Of a DNA stretch of 64,000 nucleotides, positions 15,925-29,363 are shown in pieces. The notes under the pieces were generated by a model. That model had not been told where the DNA came from. It made no database searches and was given only the letters and a program-made list of their open reading frames with translations. This DNA is from Spongospora subterranea f. sp. subterranea. Lineage: Eukaryota. Location: the NCBI GenBank assembly GCA_049724395.1, contig JAUGWO010000142.1, positions 186,001-250,000 of the forward strand. Direction: 5' to 3'. The translations under genes were made by a program, and so were the position numbers. Position 1 is the first letter of the stretch. Every line of letters starts with the position of its first letter.

Positions 15925-17539
15925 ATGACTGACAACGTCGTCATCCTCATCGTATTACAAAATCGCAGTACAATTGGCCATCTCACTTTCTCTATGCGGT
16001 TCAGTTTACTGGGTCTACTGTGTATCTGGCAAGTACCCTGGTTTTAGTGATGTTGTCGTTAGATGTGCCACGTGACCTTAAACTGTTCCACAACTCGGAG
16101 CACCGAATTAGGAATGTCGACAATGGTATTATGTACTTTATCCAAGCGTTGCCTGAATCGTCGAGATTCGACGTAATAAGGCCTTGCTCGACTCAATGAG
16201 GTCGTTGGCGTTCAAGTTTCATCGTAATTCGGGACATGAAAGCATGCAATTCCTTGATACGGCATTGCGAGCTGGCGATGCCATATGTAGATGCTGCCAA
16301 CGACCCACATTCATTCAGAATGAGCTTATCAGTGAAAACAGGCCAGCCAGGTGTACTGCACTCCTTGTAGCAATTGACTGCGTTCATAGTTTTCCGTTTG
16401 GGTAGACCGTTCCATGCCCGGAAGGGTCCGTTTTGCCACGCGATTTGCACTCCGATCGGATTCCGGTAAGTACCGTCGGCATTGCGATCAAACAATCGAT
16501 CACAACCCCGACAGATAATGAAAGTGACGTGATTCCGAGCCACAGATCACGACGATGTTCATGAAGAGTGTAACGGCAGTGTGGGGGAACACGGCACGCG
16601 GCCACCTGTCGCAACGGGAGACGGAAACGTCCTCACATCCCTGTACCGCAGCGCAACTTCCCTATATGGGGTTTTCACCTACCGTATATGCTATATTGGT
16701 GTGCCATTTTATCCCCTGCTCTCTGTATTGCGGACTTGTCATGATCAATTGAGAAAGGTTCAATCGGCTGGCGTTAATCCGTTCCGACCAGCATTTCTCT
16801 GGATTGATTAGGCAGCCCAGGCACGAGACAGCGCTCCCGTTCACCGCCATAGCTAGTTTTTATGACGGAGAAACACCAGTTTACTGATTTTGATGACCTG
16901 TTCCAGGCATATGAGGCAGCGCGGTCGCTCCTTGATAGCCTGTTGAGCCAGGTCAAGCACCGAGGTATCAAGACGATATATGTGTCCAGCGACCTGGCCC
17001 AGAAGGCCAAGTTATCGGTGGAAGAAGATCAGGTGCCGTCCAAGACCTCCAAACGCAGCCCATCACCTACCAACGTTCCCTCAACAAATCACCATCGTAT
17101 ACTCGGCAGGGAGCTCGTGCACCTACTCAAACTGGCGCCAAACCACGAAATCCAATTATCGCTCCTTCCTAGTTTATATAAGCGCCAATTCGGCTGCGAC
17201 ATTGATCGCACGGGATATTCCTCGTTATCGCCATTAATTCGATCGGCAATTGCTACAGATTTTCGAATCAGTATGTATCCGAAAGGCACAAACTGGTATC
17301 TCAGCGCCAAACTGTCTCGGGTCGTGCCCGAATCAACTCCCGAACCGCGAACTAAGCGACCTAAACTCGAGGCAACCCCATGCATCTATTTCAATCAGAG
17401 GGTTGGGTGCAAGAAGGCAAGTACTTGCCCATTTGTCCATGTATGCGATCAATGTGGTAGCCGTAGTCATGGCAGAGTATCATGCGCTACGTCAGTCAGG
17501 TCTTCATTGCCGCCCGCCCATGAATCGGCAAACGTTTGA
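15925..17539 (+). CDS. LOTUS/OST-HTH domain protein with C-terminal CCCH+CCHC zinc fingers (last exon secure, upstream exons tentative)
   Basis: ORF 16862-17539: IQLSLLPSLYKRQFGCDIDRTGYSSLSPLI (LOTUS pattern) and CIYFNQRVGCKKASTCPFVHVCDQCGSRSHGRVSC; plus-strand splice signals allow an open frame from ATG 15925. Confidence 0.6.
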
Positions 17540-17904
17540 AGAAAGGCCATCACCGACCCACCGTCCGTCCCGCTGATTATCTATTGTTTATATATCTGCA
17601 TCATATACACCACATAAATATATCTATAACGTCATCGTCTTAATATCGTCAGCATCCGGACAGGTTCCAGCGTTGTTGGTTAAAGTTTGCTACTCGGGGA
17701 AAACAACCAAATCGGGATATTTTTTCATGAAAAATCGTGAGTGGCTGGAGGTAAACAGTTGATATACAGAAATAATGTGCCACTAAAGACGCCACTCTGA
17801 TTCCCTTCTAACCCTTGAGCTCCACTCCTGAAACCTATGGCATCGGTTGCGATTAGGTATGTCGAGTTAGAGCAGGCAAGAGGGAGAAGGGGTAATAGAA
17901 TTAA

Positions 17905-18545
17905 TCACACAATATTTGAGGATATATTAGATAGACACTGGTCAATATGGATTTGATCTGGTATATGATCGAGTCCAATTCCATCTATGTTGAGCCTCAT
18001 CGGCTCCAATTGCCCCTGCTAAAACATTTGCCGGTCAAAGGTCAGGAGAACATGGTGGGCGCGAGGTCGTACCTGACCGTTGATACGGCTATGGAGGTCC
18101 CGTATCGTCTGATATGATGGATGGGTATCTGGCAAGAGCATGGCGTATGCACTATTGGGATTACCATTATTGAAAATTGGGGCGATCATCGTGATGTAAT
18201 CCCATACCATATCTGCCCTTTCACATCCGCCAGATAGAGGGATGATCCTAGGGCTGAATCATAACCCAATTCGAACTGGTGCTGGAGGACGTCATTATCG
18301 GGTGAGTCCTCCAGCCCGTCAACATAACCGGTATTGATCTGCCGCCTCCGAATCGATAGGTCAGTTCGATTGGCGATATCGATATCATATAATCGGGCGA
18401 TATGATGGTACATGATCTGGCTCAGCCGTTTGCACGACAGCGATAGGTCCTGGGAGGAATCCATACCCAAATACATCGATATAGCGCTTATACAATCATC
18501 AGGCAGGCAGGTTAACACATCTAGGAATGTCACCGGTTTATCCAT
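17905..18545 (-). CDS. Small F-box-like protein, 2 introns
   Basis: N-terminal LTCLPDDCISAISMYL..DLSLSCKRL F-box pattern; two GT-AG introns join the ORF pieces in frame to stop 17905. Confidence 0.6.
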
Positions 18546-19233
18546 CGTGATAATTTCCAGGCGATTACGGCCATGCGGTCGGCCAGCGGCGGACTAAAAA
18601 TTAACACCGCAACGCCATCAGAGAATTGCTGGACAATTCCTGTTGTGTCGGGAATGATGCAAACAACAAAAAACTGGAATAGCTGGAAGCCCAGACGATG
18701 GACCTCGTGATAGCAAACCATTTTTTTCACAGATGATGAACGCGGTTTGTTCAAAATTCTACAGTTGCTCATCGTTCGAAGAAGGCTTCGTTGATTCTAT
18801 AGATATGGTTGAAGTACAGTAAGTAGATGACCACTTTGAAAATGTCTCTGGCAGAGATCTAATCGTCAGTTATAGTCTGTGTCGCGCACATGGTTACGCC
18901 CAATCTACTGCACAACGAGAGTTATGAGGGGGCAGCCTTGGACGTTGTAAGCCTCCCCACCGGCGGTCTACGGCAGGTGCCTAAGCTGAGGCTGTATTGG
19001 AACAGCAAATCGTAGCATTGAAGTTTGACGTAAAAATCGGGTGGTGAAATAAACTCGAAGTTATACACAATTTGTTTTGTCCCCCATTTGTAGAGATTCA
19101 AGAGCAAAGTTTAGCTGTTGGGAAAATTTCCCCGCCACTAATGACGTTGTTTTCACTGGAATTGCCGAGAGAAACAGAGATTGTGGCCAAAGGCCGCGCC
19201 AACATTCATCTGGACTGTAACAGTAGTGTAACA

Positions 19234-19304
19234 AGTACAGTGTACAGAACAGGGTAGCGCATGACTGAGTACAGTGTACTGAAAGAGGGTAGCGCATGAC
19301 TGAG
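19234..19304. repeat. 2 x ~35 bp tandem duplication ~65 bp upstream of the primase start codon
   Basis: AGTACAGTGTAC..AGGGTAGCGCATGACTG present twice. Confidence 0.85.
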
Positions 19305-19369
19305 GAGGCCGGCGGATGGGGGCAACATCATGGGTCATAATATCATCATCATCTCACCATAACCATAAT

Positions 19370-21439
19370 ATGCAGGTCACTAATACCGCCGGATCATTAC
19401 AAGCTCAACAGAGTAATGCCATTAGCTTCAGTAATTCGCTCCCGTTAACACTCTATCGGGACCCTCCTAATGGACCAGTCACCCTACAGGAACTGGAGAC
19501 ATTCGCCGTTGACAGACTACAGTGTAAGATCGCAATTCCTGTGGTTTTCCGAGTTGATTTAGATTTGCGATTCAGTATTGAGGAGGTTCGAGCAAATTCG
19601 AGCAAACGGAGGAAAAGTCTCGGATCATCGTATTCAAATGGTATTCGCAGAGACTCGTTTTCGAGAGAGTGACCAGGCTGGAAATGAAACAGCGCGAAAA
19701 TTACCTGGAGAAGCATTTCGCAGAAAGGATACAATATCCCATTTCACATTGCGTTTGGCGTTTTGCCATACCGAGGTTGCAGCTCCATTTTCACATTCCA
19801 CGAACTATAATAACGAATCAACAATAGGAGCTTCGGGTGTGGTTAAGGAGAATGGAATCGGAGTTATTCAGGTATCTACTTTAACAGCATGGAAATTGCT
19901 TATTGACTGCAATCTTGGCAATCTAGGTTTCGTTTTGACTCCGCCTCACCTGAGGAGCAAAGAAAGCTTCTGGAAGAACACAATCTTCATTTTGATGAGG
20001 TATAGATGATGCAGCTTTGACAATGTGGTTTTTCGTTTCTGAAAGCACCTCAACCATAGTGTCCAACTGACGAACTTCGACGTGTCGAATCCATGCTGCT
20101 TCAGACTCCAACCTATCAAAAAGGGTCCCTCGTCTACAAGGTATACCAGTTGTTTGTCATCAATCGTTAGTATGAGTCTTTGAATTGTTGTATCAGGTCG
20201 GGTTTTCCCAGGCATTGGAATTGATCGGTCGGCGCCGTGTTTATGTTAATCGAGGTATAGTGCTGCATATTTTCGTGATCACAATGACCAATATGTTCAA
20301 TGCGCTTTGCAGGAGTTGCTTACATCCCGAGACAGGAGCTGGTCTCATTAATTTCCACCAGTTTTCGGTCGTTTCTATCATTGTCTTTGATGACAGCGCT
20401 TCATGCTATTCTCGCAAAACGTCACGATTCGCGTCTCGGTATTGCAATTGTGCTGCTGATGTACCCGCATCGTGAATCTCGCCTTTGTAGATAATTTACT
20501 GACCAATTTGAGTGTTGGCGAGCTGGGTCCCGGGTACAAGTCTAACACCGTTGCTGGATCAGTTAAACCTGAAGATCTTGCTGCCTTAGCGGTCAGTAAA
20601 TTTGCACTCAAACGTTGCGGTCAATTGTCAAAAATCCCAGGACTGGATGATTTCTTATCATGTCTTCATTTAGGAGTCGTCGTTTCCGTTGTGCATGCAA
20701 AGTTTATACGAAGGCTTGATTCGTGACAGTCATCTGCGTTATGGTGGAAGGCAGCAGCTTGGCTTATTTCTCAAAGGCATCGGTCTTTCCCTTGACCACG
20801 CACTGTACTTTTTTAGGACTGTCAGTCTTATAGTTAATTATTTTAATTTTTTACCGCGGAACTGAATTCATGGAATTAGGTATTTTCTAAAAAAAGTTCA
20901 GCGAAGAATTTTGATAAGGCGTATGCATATAACATTCGACACAATTATGGCAAAGAAGGAAAGCGTCAGGACTATGTCCCTCTATCATGTCACATGATCA
21001 TTTCTGGAGCGGCTCCTTCCGAGGGGGTAATTTCTCAGTAGTTTCAAATTTGTGTTTCTAATCAGCTTCAAGGATCATCATGGCTGCCCATTTCGCCATT
21101 TCGATGAAGGGCGACTTGCAGCAAAACTGCGTCTGCGTAAGGTCAAAGAATTTCAAATTGAGACAATGTAAAAGCAACTGTAATTGTCCATCGTCAAGTT
21201 CAAATTTGTGAAATCAGGATATCGCTTGTGAAAGATAAACACTATCAGTTGGCGTGCCGCGAATATTTCAAAGCCACACATGGCGGTGAACTTGGAGCAA
21301 AGGTCCGTTCGATTGATTGCGACATTAAATACGGTTGTCTTACTTTTGCCATGTCAAGGTGGGCAACCATCCAAATGAATATTTCGAAGAAAGTATGGAT
21401 ATGTTAAACAAGAAAGACACCGGCAGGGCAGAAACTTAA
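19370..21439 (+). CDS. PRIM2: DNA primase large (regulatory) subunit, multi-exon
   Basis: [89 protein letters not shown] (Fe-S cysteines present). Confidence 0.95.
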
Positions 21440-21486
21440 AAATATAGGATAAATCTATAAATTAATCTGAATTAAATGATTGTGTA

Positions 21487-22257
21487 TCAACATTCATAAA
21501 GGGATCCTCCACGATTTTTGTTCGTCTTCATGCTTTCTTTGTGTGCTTGATATGTAATGCGGAACCCATCTCCTAAGTTCAACAGTGACTTCCATGTCTT
21601 GCCAATGCTCATCACAGCAGCTTCATCATTGGCCGCATTGGTCCACAGAGCAATCCGATCCTTCTGTGGACGGACGCTGATAACTGCTCCACATATTTGA
21701 TCGCTGTATTCCTGGAAATTTTCCCCGATCATCGCCTGCAACAAAATTAAGCTCAGAACGGCACAATTTACACCAGGTTCGAACTAACCATGACAGTGTA
21801 CAACCAAATTTCATTCAACTTTTGAACCATTTGCCTTTGCACCGAAAGGACCCATTTCCCCCCAGCCTCGTTTCGCGCATCTTCCCATTCCGGCTTGGTA
21901 CCCGAGCGGAAAACATGGTAATACGATCCTTGGCTTAGTCGAGAACTACAACGAAACGCAGTCGATATCAACTGTCCAACAAACACTAGACACACTAGAC
22001 AAGGCTTAAACTAACGGTGGCACAATGTTATTGAACAGCGACCAAAATCCTCCGACGGAATCGAAGGAATGCAGTTGGAACAGGGATTCGCCCCAGACTA
22101 CGGGTTTAGTTTTTGATGGCGCATCGTACCAGATGGTCCACGCCTCTTGCAATGGCATGTCTTCATTAGCGGCGGCCGGAGTCGCCTGTGAGGGCTCGTC
22201 CAATTCAACTGTGTTGACGACGGTGGTGATCACGATTGGCGCCGGGTCATCGCTCAT
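21487..22257 (-). CDS. EIF4E: Eukaryotic translation initiation factor 4E
   Basis: PLQEAWTIWYD, FDSVGGFWSLFNNI, YHVFRSGTKPEWEDARNEAGGKW, ICGAVISVR..RIALWT. Confidence 0.95.
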
Positions 22258-22303
22258 GACTACACCAGATATTACTGGGGAGATCTCACAGGATGGAAAT
22301 ACC

Positions 22304-22486
22304 GTACGGTATCTTACAGCGACGCGGGTTCCATAGGTACACGAATGTACACACCAACACCCAGGGTTGATTGGCACGACACTACCAACGGGCGCAGTAA
22401 TGGTACGGTATCTTACAGCGACGCGGGTTCCATAGGTACACACATATATGTACACACAGCACCCAGGGTTGATTGGCACGACACTA
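22304..22486. repeat. 2 x ~85 bp direct repeat (period 99) just upstream of eIF4E, each copy with a CCAAT box on the minus strand
   Basis: GTACGGTATCTTACAGCGACGCGGGTTCCATAGGTACAC...CCCAGGGTTGATTGGCACGACACTA at 22304 and 22403. Confidence 0.9.
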
Positions 22487-22927
22487 TGGCCAACCGAGGT
22501 TGGACACTTTTGCATCTTGATCTCCCTGTCTCCCTGTCTGGCTTTAACCTTCGACAGATCAAGGAAACGAGGTGCTTGACGGTGAAAGCACTAATCTTTG
22601 AGAAGTTATTATATCGAGCGCAGGGTTCCTTTTTCTGATGTCCGTCAACTTCGATTTTTTTCCGATTATGGTTCACTTGACTGTGTTGAGTCTTGATACA
22701 ATACAACTTTGAAAAAAGCCGATTGTCATAAAAAAACACCCGAATATATGCGTGATTTTTATTGAGCGCTTTTCTGAAGCAATGCAACGGGAACCATATA
22801 TGTTGTCGTGTCGGTAAACGATCGTGATAATCAGCAACCTGAATCGTTTATCGCTTGACGTCAATGTAAAAATTGATCGTCTGTAACTGTACTTGGTTGA
22901 TCTAGTTCGGCCATTTGACTGGCGACA

Positions 22928-25900
22928 ATGGATGATATCGATGATATTACGGGGCCTGGTCCGGATACGGATTTCAAACTCGGTTCAGATCAGGATCAGG
23001 AGCAATCGCCTGACCCGAAACCTGATGACGATGTGCTCGACGACAAACCTGGAGATCAACAATTGAACGATCATGATTCAAAATCCTGATCAAAACCCGG
23101 AATTCGATATGGGAACGCAATCAGGTCAGGAACAGGATGAAGACAGTATCCAGATGGATCAGGACAAAGAAGATGCTCCCCCTTTGATAGTGACAACTTT
23201 AGCAATTTCAAAGATTCTGATGCGAATGTGGATCATTTAGACTCATTGAATCGCAATGATGATGGTGCTTTCCCCTCGGATAAAGCTCCATCAGCGATGA
23301 CGCCTAAAACCATGATACCCGAGAGCAACGAAGGTCATGTGGTGCAATTTGCGTCGGAGCATTCGGCGCCGGCCTTAGTGGATAATGACGCCCAGATTGA
23401 TCACGATCCTGACGGGGATGAGAGCATTGCGGATGACAACCCAGAATATGGGGATCCAGATCAGATGGCGTTGTTATCTAATCTGGATCCCAATGATCCT
23501 GTTGTCGCCCGCTTCCAAGAGGCGATGATCGCGCAGATGAAGAGAAATGAACTGCGATTAGATGCGGAACTGCTAGAGAAGAGCGAGGAAGTGAAACGCC
23601 TCAACCGGACCAGGGAGAACATTGGTGTTGATCTATATGCGATGCAGCAGCAATTAGCCAGGATGCAGATGCAGCTAGAAAAGACGCACGATCGGTTCAA
23701 TATATTTACACGTTTACGAGGGAAAGCGGAGGAAGAGAGAGCGGCCTTGCTCGAGGATCTTGCACTGAAAGCAGTGGCGAAGGAAAAGGCTTTAGCCGGC
23801 GCGAAACAGGCCAGCCAAGAACTCAATCAAGCAAACATGAAGTTGAGGTGAGCAACAACATATTGGGAGATGGTGGCCAGGGATATGGCGCTAACGTCAT
23901 CGTTACTACAGACAGATAACCGAGTACAATAACGATCTGAAGAGCGACATAACGGTGACCAGGAGGACCGCCTATGCCGAAGAAGCGGAGATGGCGAAAA
24001 TGGAGAAGGAAAAGAAGATGCAAGACTACATGATTGACCAAATGAACAGGCAGATACAGGAGCTGGAAGATAATCTGAAGACGGTCACGCTTCAAGTGGG
24101 ATGTGATGCCAAGGAATGAATATTTAGCTCAGTGTTCATCATGAATAGGTGGAGAATCAAAAGAAAGAGACCGCAGGTGCGCGAAGATACAATTAAACTG
24201 GCGTTGGATGAAATGTCGCAAATCAAAGCGGACAAGAACGATTACATTTCAAAGTAGCGAGAGTCAAGGTCACTCACGATATGATCGAGTGTTCTGACAG
24301 CTTCTTCACAGATGGAAATCATCACTGATTGCCATGTCCCGACGCGACGCAGCTCTGGAGCAATGTGATCACGAGTACCAACAATTACAGGCAATAGCAT
24401 GGCATGCTGAAGGTTATATGAGCCAGTTGTTGACTAACGACAATACAGGTGAAATTACTGACCGTCAAGAGCAGTCGGGATGGTGTGTTGAAGGCGATAC
24501 AAGATGAGCAGGAAACAAATGAACAATTAACAGCCGTATTAACTAAAGTACAGACAGATTGCAAATTCATCGAGTCCCAGGTAAATCATCTCGTGATTTC
24601 AAATACCCATCCGTAATAGAAGATTGTTCTAGATCGAGCGAATCGACGGCAATAAACAGAAGCTAGTATCAGATGGGCACATCTTGCAATCGCAATTAGA
24701 GTCCATCGATGCACAATTACAGCAAGGTAGAGGACACACAACAAACTGGTTTGACGACGAGCTAATATCGCCCCGAATATAGTGCAATCCGAACGGGGTC
24801 TAGTTGACGTTGAGATCCAGAGAATTCAGAAGGGGAAATCGAACTGTGATAGGATCAGAACCGAGAAGGAAAACGAGATATTCGAGCACATGTCGAGTCA
24901 GGCTACAGGATCGCAGGCTCTACAGAACATCATGAAAAACATCGGGAAGGTGAGGAAAGAGATGGAGGACAAGGTCAGTGGTACGCCGGCGCAGGAATGA
25001 TCGTGATCTTGATCTGGCAAGAGAATTTAGGAGAAGAAGATGGCTGAAACTGAGAATGAGATCGCCCGTATCAAGCTGGATATCTTGAACACTGAAGCAA
25101 ATAACAAGGATCTGCTCAAGACGTTATCGAGTATTGAAAAGGAGGTGAGGTGATGATACGATTGTTCGCTGTGAGCTCAATGCGCCTTCCCGATAGCTAT
25201 CCGTTCGCGACGCATTAGTCAGCAAATATGAAGCTGAGATGAAGTCCAGAAACGATCAAGTGCAGAACAAGCAGAATGCGATCAATGGACTCAACAGGAA
25301 ACTCGAGGCGATGAGCAAAAACGTCATAGAGGATAATAGTAGTGGTGCATTGGAGGGTAAAATAGAGGGTTTAGAGAAGGAGCTAAACGTGAGTTCAACG
25401 CAATTTAGTCAACAAGTGAATCGCAGGTCGTCGACGCTGATGATTTGGATAGGATACGAAGCAAGCGTCGCTACTATTGCAACGGCAGTGGATTGGGGCA
25501 CAAACCGAGCTGGTAGAGTTGGAGGTTTCCGCGTCTCAGGAAACAGAGAAGGTGGCGGAAATGAAGGCGAGACACACAATACTGAGGCAGAAAGAGGTCA
25601 GGATCAAGGGACAAAAAAAGACGTTGGAAGGTGACTAGAGTTCGGGGGCAGCATCAGGATCTGGGAATTGACATCGGGTTTTTAGATGATATCGCTGAAC
25701 TACGCCGATCTATTACCAATATCCATAATGAGATTACGCGAATTAATGGACTCCTGGCCCAATTTAAGACGAAACAAGAAATCTTACAAGCCGAGAATCA
25801 TTCGAAGGAGAGGGAAGCTGAGGACAGAGAGGACCATATCCAATTGGTGAAGAAGCAGGGTGAGGGCGGTGATAAGTTCTTGGGTCGATGTCCAACAATG

Positions 25901-26865
25901 GGTTCAGGTTTTGAGAAAATTGCAGCGCTACGGGAGTCTAAGGCGCAGCTAGTTGATCAGCTGGCCGATCTATCTGAGCAAATTCTGCTGTGGGAAAGGA
26001 AGATCAGTCTGGAAAAGGAGACACAAAAGGCGATTGATCCAGAGCTGGGTCAAGCCGAGGTATATCGCGTCTTGAGAGTTTGTTGAAAAAGCAGATTCAC
26101 CAGGTTCGTGACCCTGCTAGGTAGAGCAGATGAGGAAGGAGGTACATCGTATGGAGCTACAACTGCAATCGATCAAGAAACGCCAAGCTGAGATAATGGA
26201 GGACGGGTTGCGAGCCATAGAGAAGAGAGATGATATACAGGTGAATACATACGAGAGCCCCTTTGGTGATTCATTATGGGGGTATCCTTCAGATGAGGCA
26301 TCTCACCAGTCGCCGAACCGAATTGACAAAATCAGCATTGGCAAGGCAGATCGCAACACTGAAGGCCGATATCAAGAAAAGAACGAAGGAGATACGGGAG
26401 GTGATTGAAAAACATGTTAAGCTGGTGATATAATGATGATCATTACGGTGAACAGGTTGACGAGTCGATACGAACACAAGAGGCCAGCACTGCAAACCTT
26501 ACCTCGATGTGTGAATCGCTACATGCTCAGTTTCAGGAGTTGGAAGAAAAGAAGGCGGCCATTGATGCCAAGCTAGAGCTAGGGAAGTTTCAGAAACATC
26601 TGGCGAGTGAGATTTTGGCGATATTCACAGAGGCAAAATCCAGACTGGCGAATCCCGCAGCGAAGTAAACATATCTTTGGTCTCGATTCTATGGATAGTA
26701 ACTGCGTTTGCTGTTCACAGATTGCCAGAGATAACTACTACTCTTCATGAGCAAACTGAGCGCCTCGAAGCTCTCAAGGTTCAGCTACGAACCTTGAAAT
26801 CTGAGCACAGCGAATATGAACCGTATTTTGATTCATTATTAAGCTTTGCAACTCTGACATATTGA
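22928..26865 (+). CDS. CCDC40: Axonemal coiled-coil protein CCDC40/FAP172, multi-exon
   Basis: Acidic N-terminus; LDPNDPVVARFQEAM, RENIGVDLYAMQQQLARMQ, KSDITVTRRT, QDYMIDQM, LLWERKISLEKE..IDPELGQAE, MRKEVHRME; two apparent indels at ~23079 and ~23182. Confidence 0.85.
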
Positions 26866-27590
26866 TCGGTAATCGTCAAAATTATACACTATGGAATCTT
26901 TGTCGTGCAGCCGCGATACTTCAAAAAATTTGACACATACGAGCGAGAGTCAAACTGACTAGGAGACAGCTTTGAGAGACAGGAGTTCTGTTCGAGATTA
27001 ACAAATGATGAGTATATCCTTTTAGTTAGACTGTCTCGTTTGTCCCGGTTTCAATCAAAACGCACGGTATCAAATTTCATAGATGCTGCAGTGCGATACT
27101 TGCCATCATCATAATGCGCGGTATCGGTTCAATGCAGTTGCACGGTGGACCCCATTGTCAACAGACCTTCCGACCTTTCTCCAGTCGCGACGATTCTACT
27201 CATGATTCAACACCCTCTTTCACTTCACTTTACTAAATGAACGAAACGATCGGGGCCCTATGTTCTCTTGAAACTAAACAGGACATCAGCGATGTTGACG
27301 TTACAGCACGCGTCTGTAGTATTATTGACTCAGAAGCCCCCTGAAGGTGTAACACTCGTGTAACTCAATCCGTCCTGACATGTGCATCGAGTGATGTGTA
27401 ACACGTGTGATGGTGCGCGGCCCACGGGTCCGATCCACAGCCTGTACTATTGCCTGATGATGCAAGAATCTCGGCTTGTGTAATGGAGAACATTCCGCCG
27501 CGGACATATATTCATTTGATTCGGTCCATCCTCTTACCATTTACGAAAGCAATACAGAAATCCACACGAATACGACACGTCGCACATTGA

Positions 27591-29243
27591 ATGGGTAAAG
27601 ATTACTATTCTATACTTGGAGTCAGTAAGAATGCGTCGGAAGACGAACTTAAAAAGGTTTTTTATCCCGTTCTCGGTCTCTGTTCTTAATGCAAGTGTTG
27701 AAAGCGTTTCCAGGCATATAGGAAGATGGCAATGAAATGGCATCCAGATAGTACGTAATGCCTTGCTGATTTTTAAAAACATTATTAATCAATTTTCTGC
27801 ATAGAAAATGCTGACAACCCGGAAGTTGTAAGTTGCTCGTGTTTACACTGGCGCGCGGTTCGTTGAACCCATTACTAGGCGAAAAAAAACTTTCAAGAAA
27901 TTGCAGAAGCTTATGAAGTCCTCAATGACAAGGATAAAAGAGCGGTATTCGACAGATATGGCGAAGAAGGATTAAAACAGGTATTACCTTCGTTCGGATT
28001 TATAACCAGATCTGAACGTTCCGATTTAGGGCGTTCCTGATGAATCAGGCGGACGATATGGAGGCGGATACACCTTCCGAGGTGAGAGAAATTATCCGTT
28101 CACGTTGCAGGGATTAATTTTGCTTCAGGCAATCCACAGGACATTTTCGAACAGTTATTCTCTGGTGGCTTTGGTGGCGGAGGCGGAGGATTTGAAGATT
28201 TGTTTATGGGGAGCGGATTTGGGGGCATGGGTGGACAGCAAAGGTACCGCTTGTTTCCTGTCTTTAAGCCTTGGTGTGGCAGAGAGTCAACAATTTATAC
28301 ATTTGATTTTATCGCCATTCGTAGCTGGAATTTGTTAATCGTTTTCTCAATTTAGGCGTGGAGGTCCAATGCCAGGATTCTCTTTTGGCGCTGGAGGTCC
28401 ATCGCATCAACGCACACAAAAACCAGAACAGCATATCACACAGGTTTTGTTTTTTGTTGTTATCTTGATTAAGGGTGGACTTCCTAATGCGAGTACCAGG
28501 TTCCAGTATCACTCGAAGACCTGTATAATGGCTTCAAAAAGAAGTTAGCTGTAACTCGGAAACGTCCTGCTCCTGATGGGAGGTCTGTCAGAGACGAGAA
28601 AACAGTACTAATAATTGATGGCCAACGGGGTTGGAAATCTGGGACAAAAGTAACGTTCGAGGTGAGTACAAAGATATTCACTGCCCTTTTTTTTTGGGTG
28701 AATTAAAGTTTAGTTCAGAATGAGGGTGATCAATATCCTGGAGGAATGGCAGGTGATCTGATCTTTGTTATCCAAGAAAAACCTCACGCTCGCTTCAAAA
28801 GAGAAGGTACGATTTTGCATCGTATTATCGTTCTGTGACACTCAATTTTTGTAGGAAACAACCTTGTGTATAAAGCGTCAATATCTCTGAAAGGGGCATT
28901 GTGTGGAACAACTATCGAAATTGTTACTCTTGATAGCAGAACCATCAAGGTAACTTTTGTTCTCTTTCAATTCAAGCAGCACAAACATGTAAGAATTTGA
29001 AAATTGACAATCTTGCATGCAGATGAAAACAGATGGAATCGTATCGCCTACCACAGTTAAATACATCAAAGGTGAGGGGATGCCAATTTCTCGCAGTCCC
29101 GAGAAAGGAGATTTAAAGGTATTATAAACTTGTTTTTTCGAAAATGTTATTATAATGTCCTGTAGGTTGAATTCGATATCAAATTTCCAAGGGATTTGTC
29201 AGAGAATGCCAAGATGCAACTTCGAAATGTATTGCCTGAGTGA
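27591..29243 (+). CDS. Hsp40/DnaJ class B (Sis1/DNAJB-like), multi-exon
   Basis: [46 protein letters not shown] region, [37 protein letters not shown]. Confidence 0.95.
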
Positions 29244-29363
29244 ATTTGCCAGTTTTATTATCGATATTCATATTAAACATTTGAGTATCATTGACGTATA
29301 GAATCTGGATGTGTTGCAATGCTTTTGTTTCAGCCTCAATAGTTTATCAAGCGTATACTGTCT

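Noticed and set aside
16193..16543. CRGCDRLFDRN resembles the TnpB/Fanzor zinc-finger/RuvC-III end, next to an IS630 transposase
   Set aside because: No RuvC-I/II motifs, no DRDxNA, upstream frame closed; splice signals favour a plus-strand gene here
16662..16864. Head-to-head ATGs only 11 bp apart (16850 minus, 16862 plus)
   Set aside because: The plus ORF is probably a terminal exon and the minus ORF a shadow frame
18186..18215. Apparent frameshift in the F-box gene
   Set aside because: Resolved by a ~56-nt GTATGG..AATAG intron
27486..27497. GAAnnTTC heat-shock element upstream of DnaJ
   Set aside because: Only two pentamers; expected by chance
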